Assembly (NCBI GenBank): GCA_965279315.1
Contig: OZ257145.1
Coordinates: 73,759 to 137,758 of the forward strand
Source of the DNA: Alphaproteobacteria bacterium
Lineage (GTDB): Bacteria > Pseudomonadota > Alphaproteobacteria > Micavibrionales > UBA2020
DNA length: 64,000 nucleotides
Direction: 5' to 3'
Position 1 is the stretch's first letter. Each line of letters begins with the position of its first letter. Of the stretch, positions 1 through 9,080 are shown in pieces. The position numbers and the translations under genes were made by a program. The notes under the pieces were generated by a model. It searched no databases. It saw only the letters and a program-made list of their open reading frames with translations, and was not told the origin of the DNA.

Positions 1-1
1 G

Positions 2-676
2 AAGAAGATGCTGGCGGGCGCATTGGCCAAGATTTTCAAATTCGACACGCCCGCGAAAAAAACGGCCAAGCCGCTGATCCTCGTCGGCCCGCCCGGCGCG
101 GGCAAGACGCTGATGACGGCCAAAATGGCGGCAGCCGCCGTCATGAGCGGCCAGAAACCCGCAATCATCACGACCGATATCGCGCGCGCGGGCGGCATCG
201 AACAGCTTTCCGCCTTCCTCGACATCATGAAACTGCCGCTGTATCAGGCGGAGGATGCGAAAACGCTGGGCGCCGCGCTGGCGAAGATCAAAGGCGCATC
301 GCCGATCATCATCGATACCGGTGGTTTGAACCCGTTTGACCCGGCCGAAATGAAAACGCTGCTGAAGCTGATGGGCGTTGCCGATATGGATGCTGCATTG
401 GTGCTGCCCGCAGGGTTCGATGCGGAGGAAAGCGCCGAAATGGCGATGACGTTCGATATTATCGGCGTGCGCCGCCTGATCCCCACGCGCCTCGATTTCG
501 CGCGGCGCATCGGCGGCATCTTAAGCGCGGCGGACAAAGGCGGGCTGGTTTTTGGCGCGGCCAGCCATACGCCGCAGGTTGCCAATGGCATTATCACGCT
601 GACCCCCGACGCACTCGCGGATTTCCTGATGCCGCATGTGCCCGCATCGGGCAAGGCGAAGAAAGGCAAGTCATGA
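2..676 (+). CDS. flhF: Flagellar biosynthesis GTPase FlhF, C-terminal part (5' end lies outside the window)
   Basis: SRP-type GTPase motifs GPPGAGKT, IIIDTGG and TRLD. The reading frame is open to the window edge, and a MinD-type flhG follows immediately. Confidence 0.75.
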   Translation, partial: KKMLAGALAKIFKFDTPAKKTAKPLILVGPPGAGKTLMTAKMAAAAVMSGQKPAIITTDIARAGGIEQLSAFLDIMKLPLYQAEDAKTLGAALAKIKGASPIIIDTGGLNPFDPAEMKTLLKLMGVADMDAALVLPAGFDAEESAEMAMTFDIIGVRRLIPTRLDFARRIGGILSAADKGGLVFGAASHTPQVANGIITLTPDALADFLMPHVPASGKAKKGKS

Positions 677-1473
677 CCACGAAAACAAAACAACCGCCAA
701 CAAAGGCGACCGGCGATGCGCCCGCGCAAAAACTCTTTGCCGTTGCTTCCGGCAAGGGCGGCGTCGGCAAGACATGGTTTTCCATCACACTGTGCCACGC
801 GCTGACACTGCGCGGGAAAAAGGTATTGCTGTTCGACGGCGACCTGGGTTTGGCCAATATCGACGTGCAGCTGGGATTGATGGCAAAGCGCGACCTGAAT
901 GACGTGATCGAGGGCAACCTGACCCTCGCGCAAGTCATCACGCCGTACGAAGAAGGCGGGTTTGACGTGATCGCGGGGCGTTCCGGCCACGGTTCGCTTT
1001 CCGCCATGGCTTTGCCGCGTTTGCAGGAATTGATGGAGCAAATCCGCGGGCTGCTGCCGAAATATGATGCGATCATCATCGACCTTGGCGCGGGCATCGA
1101 CCGCACCGTGCGTTTCATGGCGGCTGCCGCCGATGTAACGTTTGTGGTCACAACGGATGAACCGACCGCGCTGACCGATGCCTATGCGTTTATCAAGCTC
1201 AGCCACGCCGCAGGCCATGGCGACAACCTGAAGATTATTGTCAACCAGACAGGCAGCGAGAAGGAAGGAGAAGGCACCTATGGCACGATCCTGAAGGCCG
1301 CCAAGAACTTCCTGAAGCTCTCGCCGCCGCTGATGGGCATTATCCGGCAGGATAAACGCGTCAGGGATGCCATCCGCGCACAAACCCCGTTCCTTGTGCG
1401 GTCGCCGAATACCGAGACCGCGCAGGACATCGAAAAAATCGCCGACCGCGTGGTCGCCGAAATCCTCGTCTAG
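673..1473 (+). CDS. flhG: MinD/ParA-family flagellar number regulator FlhG (FleN)
   Basis: Deviant Walker A SGKGGVGKT. Its start overlaps the flhF stop by 4 nt (ATGA). Position is directly after flhF. Confidence 0.75.
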   Translation: MTTKTKQPPTKATGDAPAQKLFAVASGKGGVGKTWFSITLCHALTLRGKKVLLFDGDLGLANIDVQLGLMAKRDLNDVIEGNLTLAQVITPYEEGGFDVIAGRSGHGSLSAMALPRLQELMEQIRGLLPKYDAIIIDLGAGIDRTVRFMAAAADVTFVVTTDEPTALTDAYAFIKLSHAAGHGDNLKIIVNQTGSEKEGEGTYGTILKAAKNFLKLSPPLMGIIRQDKRVRDAIRAQTPFLVRSPNTETAQDIEKIADRVVAEILV

Positions 1474-1490
1474 CATCGGAGCGCGGGATC

Positions 1491-3437
1491 ATGAGCGATT
1501 CATCCATCCCGCCCAAACCGCCCGCGGCCAACGTGCTGAACGCCGCGACGCCGCCTGCGAAGCCACAAGGCACGCAGCGCCTGCTGGATGAGGCCGCGCC
1601 CGTCAAGCAAGCCCCCGCCGATATTGCCAAAGACCGTATGCCCGTAAAGCTGGAGGGCCGCGTGGTGTCGCAGAACCGCGAGACCGGCGAAACCCGCATC
1701 GCAACCGCACGCGGCGAAATTGTCGTGAACAGCGACAAACCAATCCCGAAAGACGCAACCGTGATGATCGAGCTCACGCGCGGCAAGGCTATCGGCCTGA
1801 TGGCGCAGATCGCCTTGCTGCGCGAAAAGGCGCAGGCGGCGGACACGCCCGATTTGCCGCCGCCCGCGCATGTAAAAGCGCCGCCCGCACCGCCGCCCGC
1901 ACCGCCATTGAAACCGGGCGATGTCGTGACCGCGCTTGTCATGCGCGACGAGGCCGTCACCCCGCCGCCGCCCGCGCCGGAAACCACTATTCCGTTGCAG
2001 CGCGCGGCACAGGTGCTGGAGCAGCTGACGCTGCAAATGCTGCGCGACCTGCCGAAGCCCCTGCCCGTGCCGAACGACGTCATCCTCCAGCTGGCCGCTA
2101 CACCCGACAAACTGGCGGCATTGCAAAAACTGCCGCCCGAGCAGCAACAGGCGATTATCAATTACCTTGCGAAGCCGGAAGTCGCCGCGAAACTGTCGCA
2201 GATGATACAACTGCCGCCCGCGCCGCTGCCGCTGCAGCCACAAACGCAGAATCCACCATCCGGCACGCCCGCACCGCCCGAGGCTGCGCCCGCAACTGAC
2301 ATGCCGCCCCTGCCCGTTCCGGCAGGAAAAGGCACGGGAAATGCGCCGCCGCCCGCCGGCGTCGGCGCGTTGAAGGGCTTGCTGCCGCTGATCGAAAGTC
2401 TGCAAAATGCCAATCCCGGCGCGGGCGGCATGATGCCGCGCATGGCGGGCGGGCAGAAAACGGATATGCCGCAGGGGTTGCAGGGATTGATCCCGAGCAT
2501 GAGCCAGTTGCGCATCGTCAGCATAACACCTCAAGGCGAAACGCCGCCCGTGCCGCAGCAGGGACAGGTATTGGGCGAGGTTGAATTCGTCACGACCAAC
2601 GGGCAGCCGTCGATCCGCGCAGGCGGGCAGAGTTTCCTGCTGCGTATGCCCGCATCGCTGCCCATCGGCACGCAAGTGGTCTTTGAACCAACGCCCATGA
2701 CGCCGCAACAGGTGATGACCAGCTTCCAGCTGGATGCCCTGCGGCAGGCAGCCGCGCCGTCAGGATTCACGCCGCTCTGGAGCACCACCTGGCCCGCGTT
2801 GCAGGAAACCATGGATGCCTTGGGCATGCTGGGCGGTATGCCAAATGCGCAGGCGATACAGGACAGCATCCCGTCGCCCACGCCGCGCCTTGCGCCGACC
2901 GCATTGTTTTTCCTCGCGGCACTACGCAGCGGCGCGGTCGAAAGCTGGCTGGGCGAAGGCACGCTGCAATCGTTGCGGCAGGCAGGAAAATCATCGCTCG
3001 CCGACCGGTTGACCGGCGATTTCGGCAGGATTTCGGCGCAGTCGAAAGAACCGCTTTCCGGCGAATGGCGCGCGATTTCCATGCCGATGATGCATGACGG
3101 CGAAATCGGCCAGATGCAATTCTATATCCGCCGCCAGCAGCAGGATGACACGCCCGAGAAGGAAGATGATATGCGCGCGGCACCGCCGACACGCTTTATC
3201 CTGAACCTGCATCTGTCGCGCATGGGCGATATGCAGCTGGACGGATTGCTGCGCAAGAAAACATTCGACCTGATTTTGCGCAGCGCCGACGCCCTGCCGG
3301 AATCCATGCGCCGCGAATTGATGGGCAGCTTCGCCAAGGGCCTGAAACAGGCCGAAATGGAAGGCGGCATCAGCTTCCAGACCCGCGCGCAGAAATGGGT
3401 GACGATTGATACGCCGATGCAGGGCACGAACGCTTAA
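1491..3437 (+). CDS. Proline-rich flagellar hook-length-control-like protein (FliK-like)
   Basis: 648 aa with a Pro/Ala/Gln-rich centre (PPAPPPAPPLKP, PPPPAPE). The C-terminal ~110 aa (RFILNLHLSRMGDMQLDGLL..FDLILRSADALPESMRRELMGSFAKGL) fit the beta-rich FliK C-terminal pattern. Flagellar gene context. Not verified by HMM. Confidence 0.45.
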   Translation: MSDSSIPPKPPAANVLNAATPPAKPQGTQRLLDEAAPVKQAPADIAKDRMPVKLEGRVVSQNRETGETRIATARGEIVVNSDKPIPKDATVMIELTRGKAIGLMAQIALLREKAQAADTPDLPPPAHVKAPPAPPPAPPLKPGDVVTALVMRDEAVTPPPPAPETTIPLQRAAQVLEQLTLQMLRDLPKPLPVPNDVILQLAATPDKLAALQKLPPEQQQAIINYLAKPEVAAKLSQMIQLPPAPLPLQPQTQNPPSGTPAPPEAAPATDMPPLPVPAGKGTGNAPPPAGVGALKGLLPLIESLQNANPGAGGMMPRMAGGQKTDMPQGLQGLIPSMSQLRIVSITPQGETPPVPQQGQVLGEVEFVTTNGQPSIRAGGQSFLLRMPASLPIGTQVVFEPTPMTPQQVMTSFQLDALRQAAAPSGFTPLWSTTWPALQETMDALGMLGGMPNAQAIQDSIPSPTPRLAPTALFFLAALRSGAVESWLGEGTLQSLRQAGKSSLADRLTGDFGRISAQSKEPLSGEWRAISMPMMHDGEIGQMQFYIRRQQQDDTPEKEDDMRAAPPTRFILNLHLSRMGDMQLDGLLRKKTFDLILRSADALPESMRRELMGSFAKGLKQAEMEGGISFQTRAQKWVTIDTPMQGTNA

Positions 3438-3446
3438 CTTTGCCGC

Positions 3447-3872
3447 CTATTTCTGCTCGTCCTGCTTGCGCCGGAAACCTTCGAGGCCGATGGCGTCCAT
3501 CTCGCGGCTTTCCTTGATGGCCCGCTCCTCCGCCTCCAGCCGCTCGCGTTCTTGCTGCGTCATTTCGTATTTTTTCAGCTCGCTGAAGGTTTCCATCAGG
3601 CTTTCCTTGGCCTTTTCGATGTGTTTTTCCAGCTGTTCTTCGTCCTCGATCATCTTGCGCTGCTGCAGGCGGACGGTTTCGGCGTATTGGGCGAAGGTGA
3701 AATGTACGTCGCCGTTCAGCCGGATGGATTCTTTTTCCGTCTCGAAACTGCGCTCCAGCTCCCGCCGGCGGCGTTCCATTTCGGCCATCTGGCCGTGGAG
3801 CTCGCCAAGCGCGCGGCGTTTTTCATCGAGTTCGTGCTTGTGCAGGCGGATAAGGACGGAAAGGTCGGCCAT
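3447..3872 (-). CDS. fliJ: Flagellar export chaperone FliJ
   Basis: 141-aa highly charged coiled-coil protein starting 7 nt after the fliI stop. This is the classic fliI-fliJ arrangement. Confidence 0.6.
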   Translation of the reverse strand: MADLSVLIRLHKHELDEKRRALGELHGQMAEMERRRRELERSFETEKESIRLNGDVHFTFAQYAETVRLQQRKMIEDEEQLEKHIEKAKESLMETFSELKKYEMTQQERERLEAEERAIKESREMDAIGLEGFRRKQDEQK

Positions 3873-3878
3873 GACTTA

Positions 3879-5258
3879 TTACTTCTTGGGCGGCGGCGCG
3901 GCAGGCTTGGGCGGTGCGGTGGGCGCCATGCCCAGCACTTGCGCCAATTGCTTGTAGCCATCCGCGAGCGAGGTTTTTTCCAGCGGTTTCTGCGCGAGGA
4001 ACGCCTCGATCTTCGGATAGATCATGATCGCTTCGTCCACCTTGGGGTCTGCCCCGCGGCGGTATGCGCCCAGGCGGATCAGCTCCGCCATGTCTTCATA
4101 GGTCGACATGATTTCGCGCCCGCGCGCCACCAGTGCCGCCTGTTCCGGCGTCAGGCAGCGCGGCATGGAGCGGGAAATGGAGCGCAAAATGTTGATGGCG
4201 GGGTAACGCCCGCGATCGGCAATCGCGCGTTCCAGCACCACGTGGCCGTCGATGATCCCGCGCACGGCGTCCGAAATCGGTTCGTTGTGGTCGTCGCCTT
4301 CGACAAGGACGGAGAAAAAGGCGGTGATATCGCCCTTGCCCTTCACGCCCGGCCCTGCGCGTTCCAGCAGTTTGGCGAGTTCGGAGAAAGTGGTGGGCGG
4401 ATAACCCTTTGATGTCGGCGGTTCACCGGCGGAAAGCCCGATCTCGCGCTGCGCCATCGCAAAGCGCGTCACGCTGTCCATCATGCACAGGACCTGCTTG
4501 TTCTGGTCGCGGAAATATTCGGCGACGGCGAGCGTCATGTAAGCGGCCTGACGGCGCATCAGCGGCGATTCATCGGATGTGGAGACGATGACGACGCTTT
4601 TCTTCAACCCTTCGACGCCAAGGTCGTCTTCAAGGAATTCCTGCACCTCGCGCCCGCGCTCGCCGATCAGCCCGATCACGGAAACTTCCGCTTCGGTATA
4701 ACGCGCCAGCATCGACATCAGGACCGATTTACCAACGCCCGAGCCTGCGAAAATGCCCATCCGCTGTCCGCGCGCGGTCGACAGGAAACAGTTGATCGCG
4801 CGCACGCCGAGGTCGAGCTTTTCCCCAAGGCGTTTACGGTCATGCGCGGCGGGCGGTTTGTTTTTCAGCAGCATGTGGTCTTCGCCGCCCAGTATCGGCC
4901 CCTTGCCGTCAATCGGTTCGCCGAACGCGTTGATGACACGGCCGAGCCATGCGTTGCTGGGGAATACGGCGGGTTGCGCCGTGCCGACTTCCGCGCGGCA
5001 ACCGAGACCGACGCGATCAAGCGGCTTGAACGGCATGACGAGCGCGTGGCCTTCGCGGAACCCCACCACTTCGCAAGGGATCGGGTCTGCGCCGCGCGGC
5101 ATCAGGTTGCAGCGGTCGCCAATCGCCAGTTCGCGCTCCACGCCGCCCACTTCGACCAGCATCCCGAGAATTTTCGAGACTCGGCCAAACAGCTGGTAAT
5201 CCGCCAGTTCGTTGATGCTTTCGCCTAAGTTTTCGATGAAATGATGGTCCGAAACCAT
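3879..5258 (-). CDS. fliI: Flagellum-specific ATP synthase FliI
   Basis: F1/T3SS ATPase family with Walker A GSGVGKS and 459 aa. Neighbours are fliJ and flhF/flhG. Confidence 0.9.
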   Translation of the reverse strand: MVSDHHFIENLGESINELADYQLFGRVSKILGMLVEVGGVERELAIGDRCNLMPRGADPIPCEVVGFREGHALVMPFKPLDRVGLGCRAEVGTAQPAVFPSNAWLGRVINAFGEPIDGKGPILGGEDHMLLKNKPPAAHDRKRLGEKLDLGVRAINCFLSTARGQRMGIFAGSGVGKSVLMSMLARYTEAEVSVIGLIGERGREVQEFLEDDLGVEGLKKSVVIVSTSDESPLMRRQAAYMTLAVAEYFRDQNKQVLCMMDSVTRFAMAQREIGLSAGEPPTSKGYPPTTFSELAKLLERAGPGVKGKGDITAFFSVLVEGDDHNEPISDAVRGIIDGHVVLERAIADRGRYPAINILRSISRSMPRCLTPEQAALVARGREIMSTYEDMAELIRLGAYRRGADPKVDEAIMIYPKIEAFLAQKPLEKTSLADGYKQLAQVLGMAPTAPPKPAAPPPKK

Positions 5259-5461
5259 GAGAAACCCCCGCTTCTTTTACGATTATCTCATATTTTTTAA
5301 TGAAAAATGAAGATGTTTTTCTCGTTGATAATAAAGGGTAATTCGGCCTGATCGTTAAAATCGCCGAACTATTTTTAACCTTTATTAACGATCATGTTAT
5401 AATGTTAGTAAGGATTAAGTACTGATTCAACTCCACTAAGCAAACATTAAGGGGAAACGCG

Positions 5462-6175
5462 ATGCGGGTGCTGCTTATTGAAGACGACCAGTCCACGGCA
5501 AAGAGCATCGAGCTGATGCTCAAGTCTGACGGATATGTCGTTGATGCGACCGATATGGGCGAAGACGGCCTCGAAATCGGCAAGCTCTACGAATACGACA
5601 TCATCATCCTCGACCTCATGCTCCCCGACCTTGACGGTTATGAAGTACTGAAGCGCCTGCGCGCGGCGAAGGTGGAGACGCCCATCCTGATCCTTTCCGG
5701 CCTGTCGGAACTCGACAGCAAACTGAAAGGCCTCGGCTTCGGCGCCGACGATTACCTGACCAAGCCTTTCGACAAGCGCGAACTGATGGCGCGTATCCAG
5801 GCGATCGTCCGCCGCTCCAAGGGCCATGCGCAAAGCATCATCAAGACCGGCCCCATCACGGTCAACCTCGATGCCCGCACGGTGGAAGTCGACAGCAAGC
5901 AGCTGCACCTCACCTCGAAAGAATACGGCATCATCGAGCTTCTCTCGCTCCGCAAGGGATCGACGCTGACCAAGGAAATGTTCCTCAACCACCTCTATGG
6001 CGGCATGGACGAGCCTGAAGTCAAGATCATCGACGTGTTCATCTGCAAGCTGCGCAAGAAGATTGAAAAGATCATGCCCGATGGCGGCGGCTGCATCGAA
6101 ACGGTCTGGGGACGCGGCTATGTGCTGCGCGATCCGGCAGGCGCGACCGCCGGCAAGGAAACGGCGAACGCGTAA
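5462..6175 (+). CDS. ctrA: Cell-cycle and motility response regulator CtrA (OmpR family)
   Basis: Near-diagnostic CtrA strings: [49 protein letters not shown]. Receiver domain plus winged-helix domain. Confidence 0.9.
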   Translation: MRVLLIEDDQSTAKSIELMLKSDGYVVDATDMGEDGLEIGKLYEYDIIILDLMLPDLDGYEVLKRLRAAKVETPILILSGLSELDSKLKGLGFGADDYLTKPFDKRELMARIQAIVRRSKGHAQSIIKTGPITVNLDARTVEVDSKQLHLTSKEYGIIELLSLRKGSTLTKEMFLNHLYGGMDEPEVKIIDVFICKLRKKIEKIMPDGGGCIETVWGRGYVLRDPAGATAGKETANA

Positions 6176-6206
6176 TTAAAAGTTTTAGGGTTCTTCCCGA
6201 AAAGAA

Positions 6207-6233
6207 CGGCTGCATTCGTGCAGCCGTTTTTTT
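6207..6233 (+). terminator. Rho-independent terminator of ctrA
   Basis: Stem CGGCTGCA, loop ttcg, stem TGCAGCCG, followed by TTTTTTT. It sits about 30 nt after the ctrA stop. Confidence 0.7.
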
Positions 6234-6237
6234 GTTT

Positions 6238-6332
6238 GGCGCATGTTTGCGCCGTTTTTTGTTTGGTGCATGTTTGCGCCGTTTTTTGTTTGGTGCATGT
6301 CTGCGCCGTTTTTTATTGGCGCATGTCTGCGC
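6238..6332 (+). repeat. 27-bp tandem repeat (about 3.5 units); each unit is a small hairpin plus T-tract
   Basis: Units GG(C/T)GCATGT(T/C)TGCGCCGTTTTTT(G/A)TT(T/G) start at 6238, 6265 and 6292, with a partial unit from 6319. The arms GGCGCA/TGCGCC pair. The array produces the artefactual ORF text LRRFLFGACLRRFLFGAC. Confidence 0.85.
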
Positions 6333-6333
6333 T

Positions 6334-7152
6334 TTAAGTTGCGTCGCTGCGCATATACCCGCCCATCACGCCATCCAGCAGTTTCAGCCCGGCAGCCTCC
6401 GCCGGCGGGGTTTCCGCTGCGCCCAGCATCAGCACGCCATCCCGCCGCAAATTGGCGCGGATGTCGGACAGCACGGCAAGGCGCGTGGCGGCGTCGAAAT
6501 AGATCAGCACATTGCGGCACAGGATCAGGTCGAACTGCCCCAGATGCCCGACGCCGTCCAGCAGGTTCATCTGCCGGAATTTCACCACATCGCGGATATG
6601 CGGTTTCAGCACCCATTCTTCGTCGCAGCGGCTGAAATGGCGCAGCAGCGTTGCAGCGGGCACGCCGCGCTGCGCCTCGAACGCGCTGTAACTTGCGGCC
6701 TTGGCCTTTTCCAGCACCTGATGCGAAATGTCGGTCGCGATGATGTCGTATTTCCATCCCGCATGGGCAACGCCCATATCGTGCAGCAGCATGGCGATGG
6801 AATACGCCTCCTGCCCGCTCGCGCAGCCCGCCGACCAGATGCGCAGGGTTTTGTCCACGCGGTTGCGCATCAGCGCGGGCAGCGCCTTTTCCTGCAACTG
6901 GCGGAACGGCAGCATGTCGCGGAAAAAAGATGTCTCGTGCGTCGACATCGCCTCCACCACATCGCGCAGTATTTGCGGCGATCCCATGCGGATTTCGCGC
7001 GCGACGCCGGCAAGGTCGTCGACGCCATAGCGGTCGGCCACGGGCATCAGCCGCGATTTCAGCAAATATTCCTGCCCCGGCGCCAGCACAAGGCCGGATT
7101 CACGCCGCAGCACATCGACGAACAGCAGCAGGTCTTGCGGGTGCAAATTCAT
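6334..7152 (-). CDS. cheR: Chemotaxis protein methyltransferase CheR
   Basis: CheR-type SAM methyltransferase (IWSAGCASGQEAYS, LLCRNVLIYFD). Last gene of the che operon; overlaps cheB by 4 nt. Confidence 0.9.
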   Translation of the reverse strand: MNLHPQDLLLFVDVLRRESGLVLAPGQEYLLKSRLMPVADRYGVDDLAGVAREIRMGSPQILRDVVEAMSTHETSFFRDMLPFRQLQEKALPALMRNRVDKTLRIWSAGCASGQEAYSIAMLLHDMGVAHAGWKYDIIATDISHQVLEKAKAASYSAFEAQRGVPAATLLRHFSRCDEEWVLKPHIRDVVKFRQMNLLDGVGHLGQFDLILCRNVLIYFDAATRLAVLSDIRANLRRDGVLMLGAAETPPAEAAGLKLLDGVMGGYMRSDAT

Positions 7153-8231
7153 GCCGGCACCTTCAAGCGCCGCAGCAGCGCGGCGGCCATCTCATCCAGC
7201 GGCACGGTTTGCGCGCTCAGCCCCGCCTGCACGACAGCGCCCGGCATGCCCCAGACGACGCTGGATGCCTCGTCCTGCGTCACAACTGTGCCGCCCGCAT
7301 CAACGACAGCGCGGCAGCCTGCAACGGTATCCGTGCCCATGCCTGTCAGCACCGCCACCAGCAATTTTGCGCCATATGATTTCGCCAGGCTGCGCAGCAT
7401 CGGGTCGGCGGCGGGGCGGCAAAAATGTTCGGGCAATTCCTGGTTGAGCGATATGCGGCGAACCCCGTCAGACCCATCGACCGTCAGATGGTAATTGCCG
7501 GGCGCGACATACACGCGGCCCGCCACGACCGCTTCGCCATCCACGGCCTCGCGGCAATCCAGCCCCGTCGTCTGCGTGATATTTTCCGCCAGCAGCGCGG
7601 TGAAACCCGCGGGCATATGCTGCGTGATGAAAACCGGCACGCTGGGCGGCGGCAACCCGCCCAGCACCTTCAGCAATGCCAGCGGCCCGCCGGTCGAGGC
7701 GCAGATGGCAAGCGCGGCGGGCGCATCCGGCGGCGCATCACGCTCTACAACCCTTGGTGGTGGAGGCGGCGAAAAAAAAGGCGCGGCTTCTGCGGGTTTG
7801 GCGCGCAGGCGTCCCAGCACTTTCACGCGCTGTATCAGCTCGTCGCGGAACGGCCCGGGGTCGGACAGGTCATGCACATTGGGTTTGCCAAGGCAGTCGA
7901 CCGCGCCCAGCGCAAGGCATTTGAGCGCCAGCGCCGCGTTTTCGCGCGTCTTGGTGGATGCGACAATGATGGGCAGCTTCGGGTTTGCCGCCAGCAATAA
8001 AGGCAGCGCGGTGATGCCGTCCATCACCGGCATTTCAAGGTCGAGGATCACGACATCCGGCGCTGCCTCGGCCAGTTCCTGCAACGCCGCCTGCCCGTTC
8101 GGCACCGCCGCCGTCACCTTGATCGCAGGATCGGTTTCGAGGAAGCGGGTCAAAAATCCGCGCACGATGCTGGAATCATCGACCACCATCACGCGCACGA
8201 TACCGGAAATGTTTTTTCCCGACTTCGGCAT
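7149..8231 (-). CDS. cheB: Chemotaxis response regulator protein-glutamate methylesterase CheB
   Basis: N-terminal receiver domain (VMVVDDS) followed by a methylesterase domain (ICASTGGP, MPAGFT, GMGTD). Confidence 0.9.
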   Translation of the reverse strand: MPKSGKNISGIVRVMVVDDSSIVRGFLTRFLETDPAIKVTAAVPNGQAALQELAEAAPDVVILDLEMPVMDGITALPLLLAANPKLPIIVASTKTRENAALALKCLALGAVDCLGKPNVHDLSDPGPFRDELIQRVKVLGRLRAKPAEAAPFFSPPPPPRVVERDAPPDAPAALAICASTGGPLALLKVLGGLPPPSVPVFITQHMPAGFTALLAENITQTTGLDCREAVDGEAVVAGRVYVAPGNYHLTVDGSDGVRRISLNQELPEHFCRPAADPMLRSLAKSYGAKLLVAVLTGMGTDTVAGCRAVVDAGGTVVTQDEASSVVWGMPGAVVQAGLSAQTVPLDEMAAALLRRLKVPA

Positions 8232-8235
8232 GGCG

Positions 8236-8601
8236 TTACAGCACGCCGACCTGGCGGAACTTGGTCTTCAGGATATCGCGGTCGAAGGGTTTCATGATGT
8301 ATTCGTCCGCCCCCGCTTCCAGCGCCTCCTGTATCTGCGCCATTTCGCTGTGGGTGCTGCAGAAGATGATCTTGATGTCCTCGCCGCCCGGAAATTCCCG
8401 CAGGGTTTTCAGGCAGTCGATGCCGTTCATCACCGGCATGTTCCAGTCGAGCAGCATCACATCGGGCATTTTTAGCTTGCACGCGTCCAGCGCCTGCTGG
8501 CCGTCTTCGGCCTGCGTGCATTCGAAACCGATTTCCTCCAGCAGCTTGCTGGCAAGGCGGCGCACAATACTGCTGTCATCGACGATAAGGCACGTTTTCA
8601 T
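8236..8601 (-). CDS. cheY: Chemotaxis response regulator CheY
   Basis: 121-aa single receiver domain (LIVDDS, LLDWNMP, KPF) lying between cheW and cheB. Confidence 0.85.
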   Translation of the reverse strand: MKTCLIVDDSSIVRRLASKLLEEIGFECTQAEDGQQALDACKLKMPDVMLLDWNMPVMNGIDCLKTLREFPGGEDIKIIFCSTHSEMAQIQEALEAGADEYIMKPFDRDILKTKFRQVGVL

Positions 8602-9080
8602 TTCTTCTCCGCAGCGGTTATCGCGTCGTCAGGTTGGCAGAGCGTGGCGATCATGCCCTTCACGTCCAGCTGCGCCAGCAATTCGCCGCCGCTTTGCCAG
8701 ACGCCCGTGACCGACCTGCGCCAATTGGCGTCAAGGACCGGCGGCACGGGGCCTGCCTTCCCCTCCAGCGATAATACCTCCCCGACGCTGTCCACCGCAA
8801 GGCAGTACAGGTCGCCGTTATGCTCGATCACCAATGACATGCTTGCGGAAATGTTTGATGCGCCGGCGGCGCGGCGCGGCGCGTCCGGCAATTCCAGATA
8901 ACGGCGCAGGCTGACGGCAAGCGCAATGCGCCCGCGCAGGTTCAATATGCCGATTATGGCAGGCGCGGCGCGCGGCACGGGGGTCAGCCGCTGCCCGCCG
9001 CGGATGACGTCATGCACGTCGAGCGCGGGAATGCCGCAGAGCTGCCCCGCGAGCCTAAATGACAATATCTGGGTGGTCAT
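8598..9080 (-). CDS. cheW: Chemotaxis coupling protein CheW
   Basis: 160-aa CheW-like domain (ILNLRG motif) directly downstream of cheA. Its start overlaps the cheA 3' end. Confidence 0.85.
   Translation of the reverse strand: MTTQILSFRLAGQLCGIPALDVHDVIRGGQRLTPVPRAAPAIIGILNLRGRIALAVSLRRYLELPDAPRRAAGASNISASMSLVIEHNGDLYCLAVDSVGEVLSLEGKAGPVPPVLDANWRRSVTGVWQSGGELLAQLDVKGMIATLCQPDDAITAAEKK

Noticed and set aside
6232-7494. 420-aa plus-strand ORF, and the 190-aa minus-strand ORF at 6185-6757, both starting in the tandem-repeat region (..FGACLRRFLFGACLRRF.. and ..MHQTKNGANMHQTKNGANM..).
   Set aside because: The repetitive peptide is simply the 27-bp DNA repeat being translated. The rest is antisense to, or out of frame with, cheR.
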